A stretch of 64,000 nucleotides of DNA from the NCBI RefSeq assembly GCF_001194135.2, contig NC_069006.1:16233993-16297992 (forward strand), written 5' to 3'. Below, piece after piece: positions 11,940-23,995 of the stretch. The number at the start of each line of letters is the position of its first letter. The first letter of the stretch is position 1. The position numbers and the translations under genes are program-made. Below the pieces are notes generated by a model. The model did not search any database, was not told the DNA's origin, and saw only the letters and a list, made by a program, of their open reading frames with translations. The DNA is from Octopus bimaculoides (taxonomy: Eukaryota).

Positions 11940-12730
11940 AATATCTTATAGCATTTTGCCCGGCGTGCTAACGCTTCTGCCAGCTCGCCACCCTAGTACG
12001 CTAACCATTCTGCCAGCTCACCACCCTAGTACGCTAACCATTCTGCCAGCTCACCACCTTATGTCTTACTATAAATATTGGTTTCAAATTTTGGCATAAG
12101 GCCAGCAAGTTGGAGTGGTGGGTAAAGCAATTACATCGACCCCAGTACTCAACTGGTACTTTATTTTCTCAACCCCAAAAGGGATGAAAGGTAAAGTCAA
12201 CTTCAACAGAATTTGAACTCAGAACATAAAGACAGATGAAATGCTGCTAAGCATTTTGCCTGGCATGCTAACGATTCTTATTTCTTTGTTGCTCACAAGG
12301 GGCTAAACATAGAGGGGACAAACAAGGACAGACAAAGGGATTAAGTCGATTATATTGACCCCAGTGCGTAACTGGTACTTAATTTATCAACCCCGAAAGG
12401 ATGAAAGGCAAAGTCAACCTCGGTGGAATTTGAACTCAGAATGTAGAGGCAGACGAAATACCACTAAGCATTTCGCCCGGTGTATTAACATTTCTTATTT
12501 CTTTATTGCCCACAAGGGTCTAAACATAGAGGGGACAAACAAGGACAGACAAAGGGATTAAGTTGATTACATCAATCCCAGTGCATAACTGGTACTTAAT
12601 TTATCAACCCCGAAAGGATGAAAGGAAAAGTCAACCTCGACAGAATTTGAACTCAGAACGTAACGGCAGAAGAAATACCGCTAAGCATTTTGCCCAGCGC
12701 ACTAATGATTCTGCCAGCTCATCACCTTAC
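11940..12730 (-). mobile_element. Head-to-tail cluster of SINE family B copies, including a triplicated head
   Basis: Three TACATC(G/A)A.CCCAGT...GGATGAAAGG...AATTTGAACTCAGAA cores in one orientation; 33-bp head unit x3 at 11964-12060. Confidence 0.85.
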
Positions 12731-13333
12731 ATCTTGCTATAACATTACTCACTCAATATGTCTAATTGAGAATGTTGGATGATAAAACTATTGGCCACCA
12801 CTTAACCAGTTTTCCTAACTTTTTGAATAAATTTTGGTTGTGTGGATAATTCGTTACATATTCTTGAGTTCTAACTCACTGCATAACACTTTCAACAAGT
12901 GTCTACTTCTTTAGTTTTAGGCCAGTCAAAGTAGATTTGGCAGATGTGCATGCATAATGTGAGTGTGTTTACTCAGAAACTTGCATGTATGTAAGAAATA
13001 GTTAAAATGGCACTATCAGATGATATTTCCTGTCATCAAAATTATGATGCACTTTCGAAGACAAATGAAATTAAAAAAAAAAATCTCTTACTTGCTCAAT
13101 AGAGCAGGAGGGTTAGTGAAAACAACGCTTCAATAATATGTATTTGCTCAATCTCTGCTAAAATGGAGAGAAAGGTGCAAAATGAATGGATGGATATGTG
13201 TGCCTGCTTACACACACACACACACACACACACTCGCACAAAACATGTACACATAAATGTGTGTGTATATGTGTATCACTTTTATCTTTTACTTCTTGGA
13301 AAAGGTGGAAAAAATAGTACATATATATGTATG

Positions 13334-13412
<79 letters not shown>

Positions 13413-13742
13413 ACTGTGCCAAACATGCACACACATCTTTTATTTTGCTTTTAATCTCCAACTTGTAGTGGCTTTGTAAAACACTTAACTCTGTTTTACA
13501 ATGCTCCATATAAACAATAGTGCTTTGATATCATTTACTCTTGAGTCAGGATATATTTTATTTACTATTAGGGAAAATATACATAATCTATCAGAGAAAT
13601 AGGCAGAGATCAACTGCCAGATTAATTTCCTAAAGCACTGTCATCCCTCACACAATCAGGAACATTCAATTACCTAAATGAACTATAAAAACTCCTAAAT
13701 TTTGATACTCAATTTTTTGATAGAGAGGCTTCTTTGACATCA

Positions 13743-13960
13743 TACAAGGGGATTTTGAAAAGTTCCTGGCTTTAAGAGTATTGCGAAAGGCCTGGAGGCC
13801 CTACCTTCTGAGTTCTTTTACAGGGCTTTAGAAAAACTGAAGGACCACTGCAATAAGTGTGTGAATCTGAGAGGGGAGTTTGTTCAATAAAATCATATTT
13901 AACTGATACTCTTGTATTTTCTTTTGCCCAAAGCCAGGAACTTCTCAACACCCTTTTGTA
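13743..13960 (+). mobile_element. Mariner-type MITE with TA TSD
   Basis: TA-CAAGGGGATTTTGAAAAGTTCCTGGCTTT ... AAAGCCAGGAACTTCTCAACACCCTTTTG-TA inverted termini. Confidence 0.8.
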
Positions 13961-14420
13961 TATGATTCCATTCATACCAACAAGAGACTGTGTATCTGAA
14001 ATGTAAATTTCCTAACATTTTTCTCACACATTTAGTCAATGCTAGCACAATAAATTACCCGTAACCAAGAAATGTTTCACTCATAAATTCTTTTGGATTC
14101 AAAGTACCACTACACTGATTGTTCCACTCTGACAACCACAGCAAATCTGTCACCATAGATACAGTCTAGCCAACTGTTCTGACTTAACCGCTTGTCACAA
14201 ACCTGAATGGATTTCTTTCACTTTCAGAGCTGCAACTACTAACTTTGACCTAATGTTTATCTTGAATTAATGTCAAATCTGATATATAAACTAACTTTTG
14301 TACAATAACCTACCATTTGAAATAGACTGTCAGCTCTGAAATCCATTTCTTCTACTAGAATTCTTACTGACTCCCAAAACAACCCACTCCACCTTCCCTG
14401 AATCCTAATCTTAATCTTAA

Positions 14421-14640
14421 CCCTTTAGCAATGAAATTGGCCAAATCCAACCCAATTATTCTACCTGTTTTATGTTCAAACTGACCAGATCTGGCATGTC
14501 ACACCTACCCTGTAATGTCATTCTAAGAATAAACAATCACATCATCAAAATCTCAAAGCTATAAGATAATAAATGATCAATTCAAAATAATGTGAATAAA
14601 TAAGCATTACATTTGACAGAGCAATATGAACACCAAAGGG
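14421..14640. mobile_element. piggyBac-type MITE
   Basis: TTAA-CCCTTT ... AAAGGG-TTAA ends; homologous to 28318-28540. Confidence 0.8.
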
Positions 14641-14789
14641 TTAAACTTTCTTGACTTAAACATTTTATTTTTAATGCCTGACTGAAACCCAGCACATCAT
14701 TTTCTAAGTCTCTCTAGGTCTCAATTGTTCATGCAAGGATGTCACATATCTATCTGCGAATCAAAGGGGAGAATTTGCAGCATCAATAA

Positions 14790-15390
14790 TAACACATGTA
14801 ATGACCTGGTTATTGAACACTGAAAGAACAAGGTCACCAACTTCACATCAAGCCAGCTAGAAAAATATAATCAATATCACTTGGATAAATATTTCTAACT
14901 GCAGAGGATTCCTCAGCAAAATAAATCTATTTTTTACACTGGAAATAGCAAACTTCCCAACTTCTACCATCTCATTAAGACACCACAAACCCAAACTGAA
15001 ATTAAAAAAATTAAAAAAATAGGCCCATCATTTCTAGCTTGGAAGCATCCTTATTGAAACTATCTTGGCTTCTATCCAAAATCTTGGAAGATATATTGCC
15101 TTACCTTCCCTAGAGATGTTAATAGCTCTAACAATGTCATTAGGAGACTTAACGAATTAGATTCTACACTGAAACATAATAGATATTTTAAATCTAGATA
15201 TCATTTCCATCTCTGTACCTGCTTTCCCAATAATCAACCTAATAACCACAAGCATCATTTCTTGCAATCTCTACTGCTTCAGTCTTACATCCCCATTGTG
15301 AATGGTACCTACTTCCAGTTTGCTAACTCCACATACAAACAAACATTGACACTAACTATGAAGTTAAAGTCTATCAGGTATGCTAACCAT
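14790..15390 (+). mobile_element. Decayed Penelope-like reverse transcriptase fragment
   Basis: Frameshifted motifs LPNFYHLIKT, RPIISS, LLKLSWLLSKILEDILPYLP, NSSNNVIRRLNEL and LNLDII(SL) resemble the PLE RT pattern PxFYxLxKxHK...RPIIS...SLDIxSL. Confidence 0.6.
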
Positions 15391-15464
15391 CACATACTGT
15401 ACTTGCTGGCCCATAAGACACACCTCTACAAGTTGTTGTAGTTCTTCTTCTTCTTCATCATCAT

Positions 15465-15690
15465 CATCATCCACCTCCTCCTTTAACGGTCCATTTCCCA
15501 TGCTGGCATAGTTTGGAGAGTTTGACCAGAGCTGGCAAGCCAGGGAGCTGCACCACGCTCCAGTCTGATTTGGCTTGGTTTCTACAGCTGGATGCCCTTC
15601 CTAACACCAACTACTTTACAATGTGTGCTGGGTGCTAACATGTCACTGATATGAGTGTTTTTAAATGGCACCGGCACGAGTGCTTTTTTA
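15465..15690 (-). mobile_element. RTE 3' tail (family D)
   Basis: TTTAACGGTCCATTTCCCATGCTGGCAT...TTTCTACAGCTGGATGCCCTTCCTAAC. Confidence 0.8.
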
Positions 15691-15751
15691 ACATGTTCCA
15701 TCATATACATATTGAAAGATATTTTGAAGTGATTTTGTCAGGGAAAATGTA

Positions 15752-15952
15752 TAGGAGTGGCTGTGTGGTAAGTAGCTTGCTTACCAACCACATGGTTCCN
15801 NNNNNNNNNNNNNNNNNNNNNNNNNNNNNNNNNNNNNNNNNNNNNNNNNNNNNNNNNNNNNNNNNNNNNNNNNNNNNNNNNNNNNNNNNNNNNNNNNNNN
15901 NNNNNNNNNNNNNNNNNNNNNNNNNNNNNNNNNNNNNNNNNNNNNNNNNNNN

Positions 15953-15991
<39 letters not shown>

Positions 15992-16142
15992 ATATGTTTG
16001 TGTCTGTGTTTGTCCTCCCAAAAGAGACCAATAGAATAAGTACTAGGCTTCCAAAGAATAAGTCCGGGGGTCGATTTGCTCGACTAAAAGGCGGGGCTCC
16101 AGCATGGCCACAGTCAAAAGACTGAAACAAGTAAAGAGAGTA
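15752..16142 (+). mobile_element. SINE family A spanning an N gap
   Basis: AGGAGTGGCTGTGTGGTAAGTAGC head and CTCCAGCATGGCCACAGTC...GAAACAAGTAAAGAG tail. Confidence 0.9.
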
Positions 16143-16191
16143 AGAGATTCTGTACATGTAAATACAATCCCGACAGCATACAGAAATAATA

Positions 16192-16392
16192 TATGAGGGG
16201 GTACTGAAACATTCTTGGCTTTAAGGGTGTCATGAAAGACCTAGTTGAAGGCCCAACCTTCCCAGTTCTTTTACAGGGCTTAGAAAAACTAAAAGACTGC
16301 TGCAGGGAAATATGTTGAATAAAATCATAATTAACTTATTCTCTTGTATTTTCTTTTACCCAAAGCTAAGAACTTTTCAGCACCCCCTTGCA
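16192..16392 (+). mobile_element. Mariner-type MITE (same family as 13743)
   Basis: GAGGGGGTACTGAAACATTCTTGGCTTT ... AAAGCTAAGAACTTTTCAGCACCCCCTTG. Confidence 0.75.
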
Positions 16393-17514
16393 TGATACCA
16401 TAAATTTATCATCTATAAACTACATTATGCAAGCACCATATTTGAATAATTTTTTTGAACAACTGTTTAGTTTTTTTTTATATATATTTTAGTCACGAGA
16501 ATTGCTACACAAGATGTAAAACTCATATTTCTGGTTATGATATTTTGTATTACTATGATCAGCTACCAGGGTGGTATACCACCATTTTGGCTTTGTTGTT
16601 ATGGTCAATAATTTGACATTCCTTTCATTTTTCTAGGAAAATTTTAATTTAGATAATTAGAAAATGTTTTTTTAAGGTAAAACAGCCATCAAATAATATA
16701 AAATATTTATTAAGTCTGGGTTATGTGTACTTCAGAAGTGTATATAATGAGATAATGTGACTTCGCTATATAACTGTTGACATACCAGAAGCAATTTTCA
16801 TTAAGTTCATGCTAACCAACTGTGACATTTTAACTTGTTTTCAATATTTCAGTAGTAGTAATAATAGGTATCATTATGAGTTTTTTGAAAATAATTAAAT
16901 CGAACTTCTGTACTTTTTCTTGGACAGCAGCCAAAAAGAAACATTTTGATACTTCATTTGGGAAATTTGGATGAAATATCTTAGGAAATGTGACAATTGG
17001 AATGGTCAGCAAATTAGTTGAAATCTTGCCTAATTAGCCTAAATGAATAATTGGCTATATTTGTGATGTCATATCTTTGAAAATGAGGTGATAATCATCT
17101 TCAAATGACACAAATTTAAAGTGACCATGGTATAGTAGCTGCCTTTTTTTTTTTTTCGGGTTTTCTTGAAAAGAAAATTTTTTTTGACAATTTAAAAAAT
17201 ATTTTATGAAAAGTCTTTTTGTTACATGTCACAAACAGACAATTTCACAGTGTTTTCAGACATAGTTGAATTCAAAAGTACAAGCCATAAGGACCTAAGT
17301 TTTTGGCACAAACGTAGTAGGTGTAGAACTGAATAAATCCTGAGATTTTGGGGCATGATACCACTTCAGTAAAATTTTAATGGACTATCAAAAATATTTT
17401 GATCAAGGTCTTGAAAATGAAATAACGGCTACCCCCATTAAATAATATCTTCACTAAAACCACCACCACAACAATTCTCAGTGCATGACATGTGTATGTG
17501 TACCTAATCATATT

Positions 17515-18060
17515 CATCATCATTTAACAACTGTTGTCCATGCTGGCATGGGTTGGGCAGTTTGACCAGGGCTGGCAAGCAGGAGAGCTGCACCAGGCTC
17601 CAGGCTGCTTTGGTATGGTTTCTGCGGTTAGAAGCCCTTCCGAACACCAACCACTTTACAGAATGTGCTAGGTGCTTTTACATGGCACTGACATGAGTGC
17701 TTTTTACGTGCCACCAACTCACGACTCTTGTAAGCTGATCCTCTTCACCAGGTGGGATGTAGCCATTACACTTCTGCTTTGGAGTATGGGTCTTCTTGAG
17801 TACAGCAAGGCACCAGGTATCTCGGTCCTTTGTAATCTCATCTGAAAGGTTCAGCACCCTGAGGTCGTCCTTCAGTACTTCATCCCTTGTCTTCCTGGGT
17901 TTCCTTCTTCCATGTGTTCCATCTACTTTGAGAGATCAGTGCTTCTTTATGGAGCTGTCAGCATCCATCTGCATCACATAACAAAGCCAGCACAATCTTC
18001 TCTCTTGCACACTGCATCTAATTCCGCTTATGCCTAGCACTCTGTCGGAACATGTACACT
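17515..18060 (-). mobile_element. RTE LINE 3' end: ORF2 C-terminus plus 3' UTR (family D)
   Basis: Minus strand reads IRCSVQERRLCWLCYVMQMD...GRRKPRKTRDEVLKDDLRVLNL...DRDTWCLAVLKKT (cf. RLRWFGHV...GRPRKTW), then runs into the family D tail. Confidence 0.85.
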
Positions 18061-18896
18061 TATCTGTATATAATGTTTCTTTTCTCTCACCACTACTATG
18101 TGCCCTCCCACAAACATTCTATTCTTTCTTTCTTTCCCTTCAACTTATCATTTAACTGCATAACATAATAGCATTCCCTTAAAACATTTCCTTGTTCTAA
18201 ACACACACACACTCTCTCTCTCTCTCTCTCTCCCTCTCTCTCTCCAATTAACCACTTCACACAACACTGTACCATATGTAGGTACATTAGCAGATTAATA
18301 TTATAGATAATAATAGCATTGGTTTTTTTCTAACAAGACACATGGCTAGAAATAGACCAAAGTCAACTTGACACCCTTATGATGACATTTATCATCTGTC
18401 TATCTTTCGTCCATATCAGGTTCCCTGTATCCCTGGTCATTAATGCCTGCTTGATAATTAATTATCAAAACTGTTGACAACTTTACAAAGCTAAATGGTT
18501 TGTCAATATATGATATATGATGCAGCGATGGGTGTCATAGCACCATTTCAAAAGCTAAGGTATATTAGTTGAGCCACTCGTGGCATAGCCATGGTGCATG
18601 AGTGTGTGCGTGTGTGTGTGTGTGTTAATGTGTGTGTGCGTACATGCATGCATGCACTGTGGTTCCCACCAATTTTCTTCTATATTACCTTTCCAGATTA
18701 CTTTCACACACAATCACAAATATACAGGCACAGGCATAACACTGGTTGAGAAGTTTGCTTTACAACCTTATGGTTTCAGGCTGGTTCTCATTGAACGGCA
18801 CTCTGGGAAGTGTCCTGTACAAGAGCCTAGAGCAGATCAACACCTTAGGAGTGGAATTTGGTAAACAGGAACAGTATGGCAACTCATCACATGCAC

Positions 18897-19091
18897 ATGC
18901 ATGTAAGTGAACATACATGTAAGTGAACATACATGTAAGTGAACATACATGTAAGTGAACATACATGTAAGTGAACATACATGTAAGTGAACATACATGT
19001 AAGTGAACATACATGTAAGTGAACATACATGTAAGTGAACATACATGTAAGTGAACATACATGTAAGTGAACATACATGTAAGTGAACATA
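18897..19091. repeat. 16-bp minisatellite (ATGTAAGTGAACATAC), about 12 copies
   Basis: Perfect tandem units; the 16-aa periodicity in the ORF track agrees. Confidence 0.95.
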
Positions 19092-19137
19092 TATGTCTGT
19101 GTATATATGTCTTCACATAATGTATCAAGTAGCTTGA

Positions 19138-19185
<48 letters not shown>

Positions 19186-19269
19186 TACACACACACACGG
19201 GAATGTTACATCATGGTAAGCAGAAAACCCTTACTAGTTTAAATTTATGGAGACAGCAGAAAAGGAATT

Positions 19270-19430
19270 GTCCTGCAAGAGTCCTGTGCCAGTGCCACAT
19301 AAAAGCACTCGTGCCAGTGGCACGTTAGAAGCACCCAGCACACAGTAGAATGGTTTGGTACTAGGAAGGGAATCCAGCCATAGAAACCAATCCAAATCAG
19401 ACTGGAACCTGGTGCAGCTTCCCAGATCTG
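19270..19430 (+). mobile_element. RTE 3' UTR fragment (family D)
   Basis: GTGCCAGTGCCACATAAAAGCAC...CAAATCAGACTGGAACCTGGTGCAGC. Confidence 0.75.
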
Positions 19431-19724
19431 GATAATGGACATGAAGCTGATGATGATGAAGACAGAAAAAAACACAAAAAGATGATTTAGATCATACGGC
19501 TTCCTTTTTAATTTCACTTAAATTAATTCAAATTAATAACATACTACAATTTTGCAATTATACATTTGGTGGTGTTTATCTTGATGAAACAGCTGTCGAA
19601 TACAATTAAAGCATGAACTATGTATGAAATTTATGCTTTACTTTTTTTTATGCTAAATATAATTATCATTATCATCTTTTACTTTTTTTCCTTAATTCAA
19701 TCATTCCTTTATTTATGTTGTTGA

Positions 19725-20040
19725 TATTGATGTTGCTGCTACTGGTGGTGGCAGCAGTGGTAGGGGGTGCTGGTGGGAGTGGGGGGTGAGGAGGAGGAGG
19801 AGGAGGAGGAGGAGGACAATGATAACAACTACAACAAGTAGGATGCCTAAAATGACAGTTCTCAAGATGACGATGATAGCAGTCATGATCTTGAAGATGA
19901 TGATGATGATGATGATAGTGATAATGATGCTGAAAATAGTGGTGGAGATGGTAATGATGATGAAAGATGGTAATAATGACAATAATAATGATAATGAGTA
20001 AAGTGATTATGGTGATTATGATGATGCTGTTGCTGCTATT
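19725..20040. repeat. Compound trinucleotide low-complexity tract (GGA/GAT/GGT/AAT)
   Basis: Mixed triplet runs producing spurious poly-R/M/I ORFs. Confidence 0.9.
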
Positions 20041-20675
20041 TCAACCAAAGATGAAAGAAGGTAATTTAAATTTTATTTTTAAGAGAATGTATTAAAGCAA
20101 GACATATGTTGTTGATCTCTATTTCAGAAAATTTCTCATTTCTTTTTTTTTCATTAACTCCCAATCTTTTTTATTTAGTTTATTTATTTACATATTACTG
20201 TTATTTTTTTTTTCTAATTCTTATTTTTGCAACCAATGGCTTTTTTTTTTTTTTCAGTATTTTGTTTATTTTTTTTTTCTTTCACTGTTAATAAATAAAA
20301 AGAGAAGAAAGAAATTTGTGGATGACAAGTTTAGCTGGAAGATGTAGTAACTTGTTTTTTTATGTGTGTGCATGCACATGTGTGTGTGAAAGAGAATGAG
20401 AGAGAAAGAGCAAATGAGAAAGAGAGAATTTATGGCTGTCGAAAGACAGTATCCATATATATGCCTGGGTAAAAACTATGGAATAAAATGACATGTATGC
20501 AATAATATTATAAAAGAAATGAGAAAAATTCTGCTCAATTTATAAACGCTATTTTAACAGACACCTTTTTATTTATTTATGAAGCTCTGAACAATTTATA
20601 AAAACAGCAAGACTGACTGAAATATGAATAGCTGTTATGTTAAAATATAATTATTTCACTCATATACATACATGT

Positions 20676-21355
20676 CCTCAGAGTGAAAGGTAGATAGTAT
20701 GATGTTTGAGTACAAACAGCTATGCTGCATAGTATTGAAAGCATGGGTTGAGAATGTAGGGGAAATGCAATGGCTTGAAAAAAAATGAAACCAGGATGCT
20801 CTGTTGGAAATGCAATGTCAGTGTGCATGTATGACAAAAGTTAAACGTTTTGAGAGAAAGACTAGGTATAAGAAGCATCAGATGTAGTGTGCAAGAGAGA
20901 AGACGGCATTGGTGGGTTATGTGATACATATGGATGAAGATGGCTGTATGAAGAAGAGCCAATCTCTAAATGTGGAGGGAACCTGTTGAATAGGAAGACC
21001 TAGGAAGGCGGCGAGCTGGCAGAAATGTTAGCACGCCGGGCGAAATGCTTAGTGGTATTTCGTCTGCCGTTACGTTCTGAGTTCAAATTCCGCTGAGGTC
21101 GACTTTGCCTTTCATCCTTTTGGGGTCGATTAAATAAGTACCAGTTACGCACTGGGGTCGATATAATCGACTTAAACCGTTTGTCTGTCCTTGTTTGTCC
21201 CCTCTATGTTTAGCCCCTTGTGGGCAGTAAAGAAATAAGGAAGACCTAGGAAGACATGACAAATGATGTTCAGATGTTGAGCCTCACAGAAGAGATGAAT
21301 GAGGAAAGATATGACTGGCAATTTACTGTGCTTGAGAAGACTTGTCCAGCTAAGA
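20676..21355 (+). mobile_element. RTE LINE ORF2 C-terminal fragment interrupted by a SINE B
   Basis: LRVKGR*YD..TAMLHS...LRERLGIRSIRCSVQERRRHWW...MDEDGCMKK...GRPRK|T; resumes after the SINE. Confidence 0.85.
21008..21237 (+). mobile_element. Full-length young SINE family B with 16-bp TSD
   Basis: TSD AGGAAGACCTAGGAAG at 20992-21007 and 21238-21253; A-box-like GCTGGCAGAAATG and B box GTTCAAATTCC. Confidence 0.95.
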
Positions 21356-21724
21356 TCAAGGCCATAAAGGCATGTTGCTTATGTGAGTGTCCCTGACAGA
21401 TGTCTTCCCCTACAACCCATCTTCCTAACACCTCTCCACTCCCTCCACTAGTGTTCACCACAACATACCCTCATAACACCCATTACATTTGCCACCTCCT
21501 CTCCATCTCCCACTCTTCTTTTGTAATCTCACAAACTTACCCACCCATTCCAATCCTTTGTTCCACTTCACTTACACACCAGGAGCAACATATATATTTA
21601 TCCATTATTCATTTTACCATAAAATAAAGGGTTCCAGTTAAGGAAAGTTTACACATCGCTTGTTATATTTACTGATAATATTTTACATGTATTTACAACT
21701 GAAAATGACCATCCTTTGCTTTCA

Positions 21725-21875
21725 CCATAGCCCTTAATCTTTTTTTCCTCTTCATTCAAATTGGTCCACATCTCAAGAGCTTCTTTCCAGTTTTGCACAC
21801 TAGAGCATGAGATACGTGAAAAATCCTTCTCCAATACAGGCCATATTATAAAATCCAAAGGGATAATATCAGGGT
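21725..21875 (-). mobile_element. Tc1/mariner-superfamily transposase C-terminal remnant
   Basis: PDIIPLDFIIWPVLEKDFSRISCSSVQNWKEALEMWTNL resembles SPDLNPLDYxIWGxLE...LKAAIxxxWxNL. Confidence 0.65.
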
Positions 21876-23734
21876 ATAGTAGACCAATAGAATAAGTATC
21901 AGGCTTAAAAAGAAAATAAGCACTGGGGTCAATTAGTTTGGCTAAAATTCCTCAAGGTTGTGCCCCAGCATGGCTACACTCTGATGACTGAGGCAAGTAA
22001 AAGATAAAAGATATGTGGATATAAGTATACTTATATGTGCGCGTGTGTATGTGTGTGTGTGTGTATGTGTGTGTGTGTGTATGTGTGNNNNNNNNNNNNN
22101 NNNNNNNNNNNNNNNNNNNNNNNNNNNNNNNNNNNNNNNNNNNNNNNNNNNNNNNNNNNNNNNNNNNNNNNNNNNNNNNNNNNNNNNNNNNNNNNNNNNN
22201 NNNNNNNNNNNNNNNNNNNNNNNNNNNNNNNNNNNNNNNNNNNNNNNNNNNNNNNNNNNNNNNNNNNNNNNNNNNNNNNNNNNNNNNNNNNNNNNNNNNN
22301 NNNNNNNNNNNNNNNNNNNNNNNNNNNNNNNNNNNNNNNNNNNNNNNNNNNNNNNNNNNNNNNNNNNNNNNNNNNNNNNNNNNNNNNNNNNNNNNNNNNN
22401 NNNNNNNNNNNNNNNNNNNNNNNNNNNNNNNNNNNNNNNNNNNNNNNNNNNNNNNNNNNNNNNNNNNNNNNNNNNNNNNNNNNNNNNNNNNNNNNNNNNN
22501 NNNNNNNNNNNNNNNNNNNNNNNNNNNNNNNNNNNNNNNNNNNNNNNNNNNNNNNNNNNNNNNNNNNNNNNNNNNNNNNNNNNNNNNNNNNNNNNNNNNN
22601 NNNNNNNNNNNNNNNNNNNNNNNNNNNNNNNNNNNNNNNNNNNNNNNNNNNNNNNNNNNNNNNNNNNNNNNNNNNNNNNNNNNNNNNNNNNNNNNNNNNN
22701 NNNNNNNNNNNNNNNNNNNNNNNNNNNNNNNNNNNNNNNNNNNNNNNNNNNNNNNNNNNNNNNNNNNNNNNNNNNNNGCTCAAAGACAATATAATGTATT
22801 GTTATATTTATTTTTTTATATATTATTTTTTTACATATTATTTTTTTACTTTTTTGTAAAAAACATTTTCATTCTCCCTCTTCTTGAAAATTTGCCATGC
22901 TATGAAAGCCGGTTAGAAATTCTTTTTACACATCTATATTAAAATATGCTTTCAGTTTAGCATTCTGCCTTATTATTATTTTTCATTTATATATATATAT
23001 ATATATATATATACTCACACATATAGGCATACATACAGACATACACACCCAAATTGTGTGTGAATGCATATGTTTGTGTCTAACACATTTCACTCACAAC
23101 AAAGCCAACGTAAACCTATGGTGAAAGACACACTTGCTCAGAGTACTGAGCAGTGAGATTGAAACGGCAACCTCACAGTTGTGAACAAAACTTCTTAATA
23201 GTGAAATCATGGAAGGATATGTTTTAAATTGCTTTGTGAAAGCAACTTTCATTTTTCAATTAACAATTTCGTTTGATTCAGTTTCATATTCCTTTATTTA
23301 TGATATTTTCTATGATTTTCAAAACCATTCGAAATATATTAAAGGGTTTGATAATTACATTTTATCTTTGATAAACTAACCTAAATGGGATCTACAGTTT
23401 AATGAGTTTTCATACAACGCTTCATATTTATTTCACTTTGTAATTATTTCAAGACGCTATAGCGTCCAAAAACCATTGTGTGTGTGTGTCTGTGTGTGTA
23501 TGTGTGTGTGCTTGCATGTGCACACACACACATGCAGTCTGTCTGTATGTATGTATGTATGTATGTATGTATGTATGTATACAACAACAGCAAAATGCAC
23601 CATTCAAATGCTGTATACACTTTCTGGCTCTGCTACATTACTACAATAGATCATGTTCTTCTGAACTAACAAACTCTCCCTCCACCATCTTCACCAAAAA
23701 AGACTTACTTGCCTCTCCTCCCTCTCATTAGCTG

Positions 23735-23995
23735 TCTTTTTTTTCCCCCTCTACTTGTTTCAGTCATTAGACTGCAGCCATGCTGGGGCACCGCCTTGAC
23801 ATGAAGACACACACATAGATACAAACATATATATATGACAGGCTTCTTTCAGTTTCTGTCTACCAAATCCACTCACAAAGCTTTGATCAATCCAAGGCTA
23901 TAGTAAAAGATACTTGCTGAAGATGCCACACAGCAGGACGGAACCTGGAACCATGTGGTTGGGAAACAAGTTTCTTACTGCACAACCATGCCTGT
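23735..23995 (-). mobile_element. SINE family A, internally deleted
   Basis: Tail CAGTCATTAGACTGCAGCCATGCTGGGGCACC joined to the 5' half ACCAAATCCACTCACAAAGC...GAACCATGTGGTTGG. Confidence 0.8.

Noticed and set aside
12921-12958. 38-nt exon-like segment with AG and GTGAGT
   Set aside because: It lies within a decayed SINE A body (AAGTGTCT...GCC...AAAG...GATTTGGCAGA).
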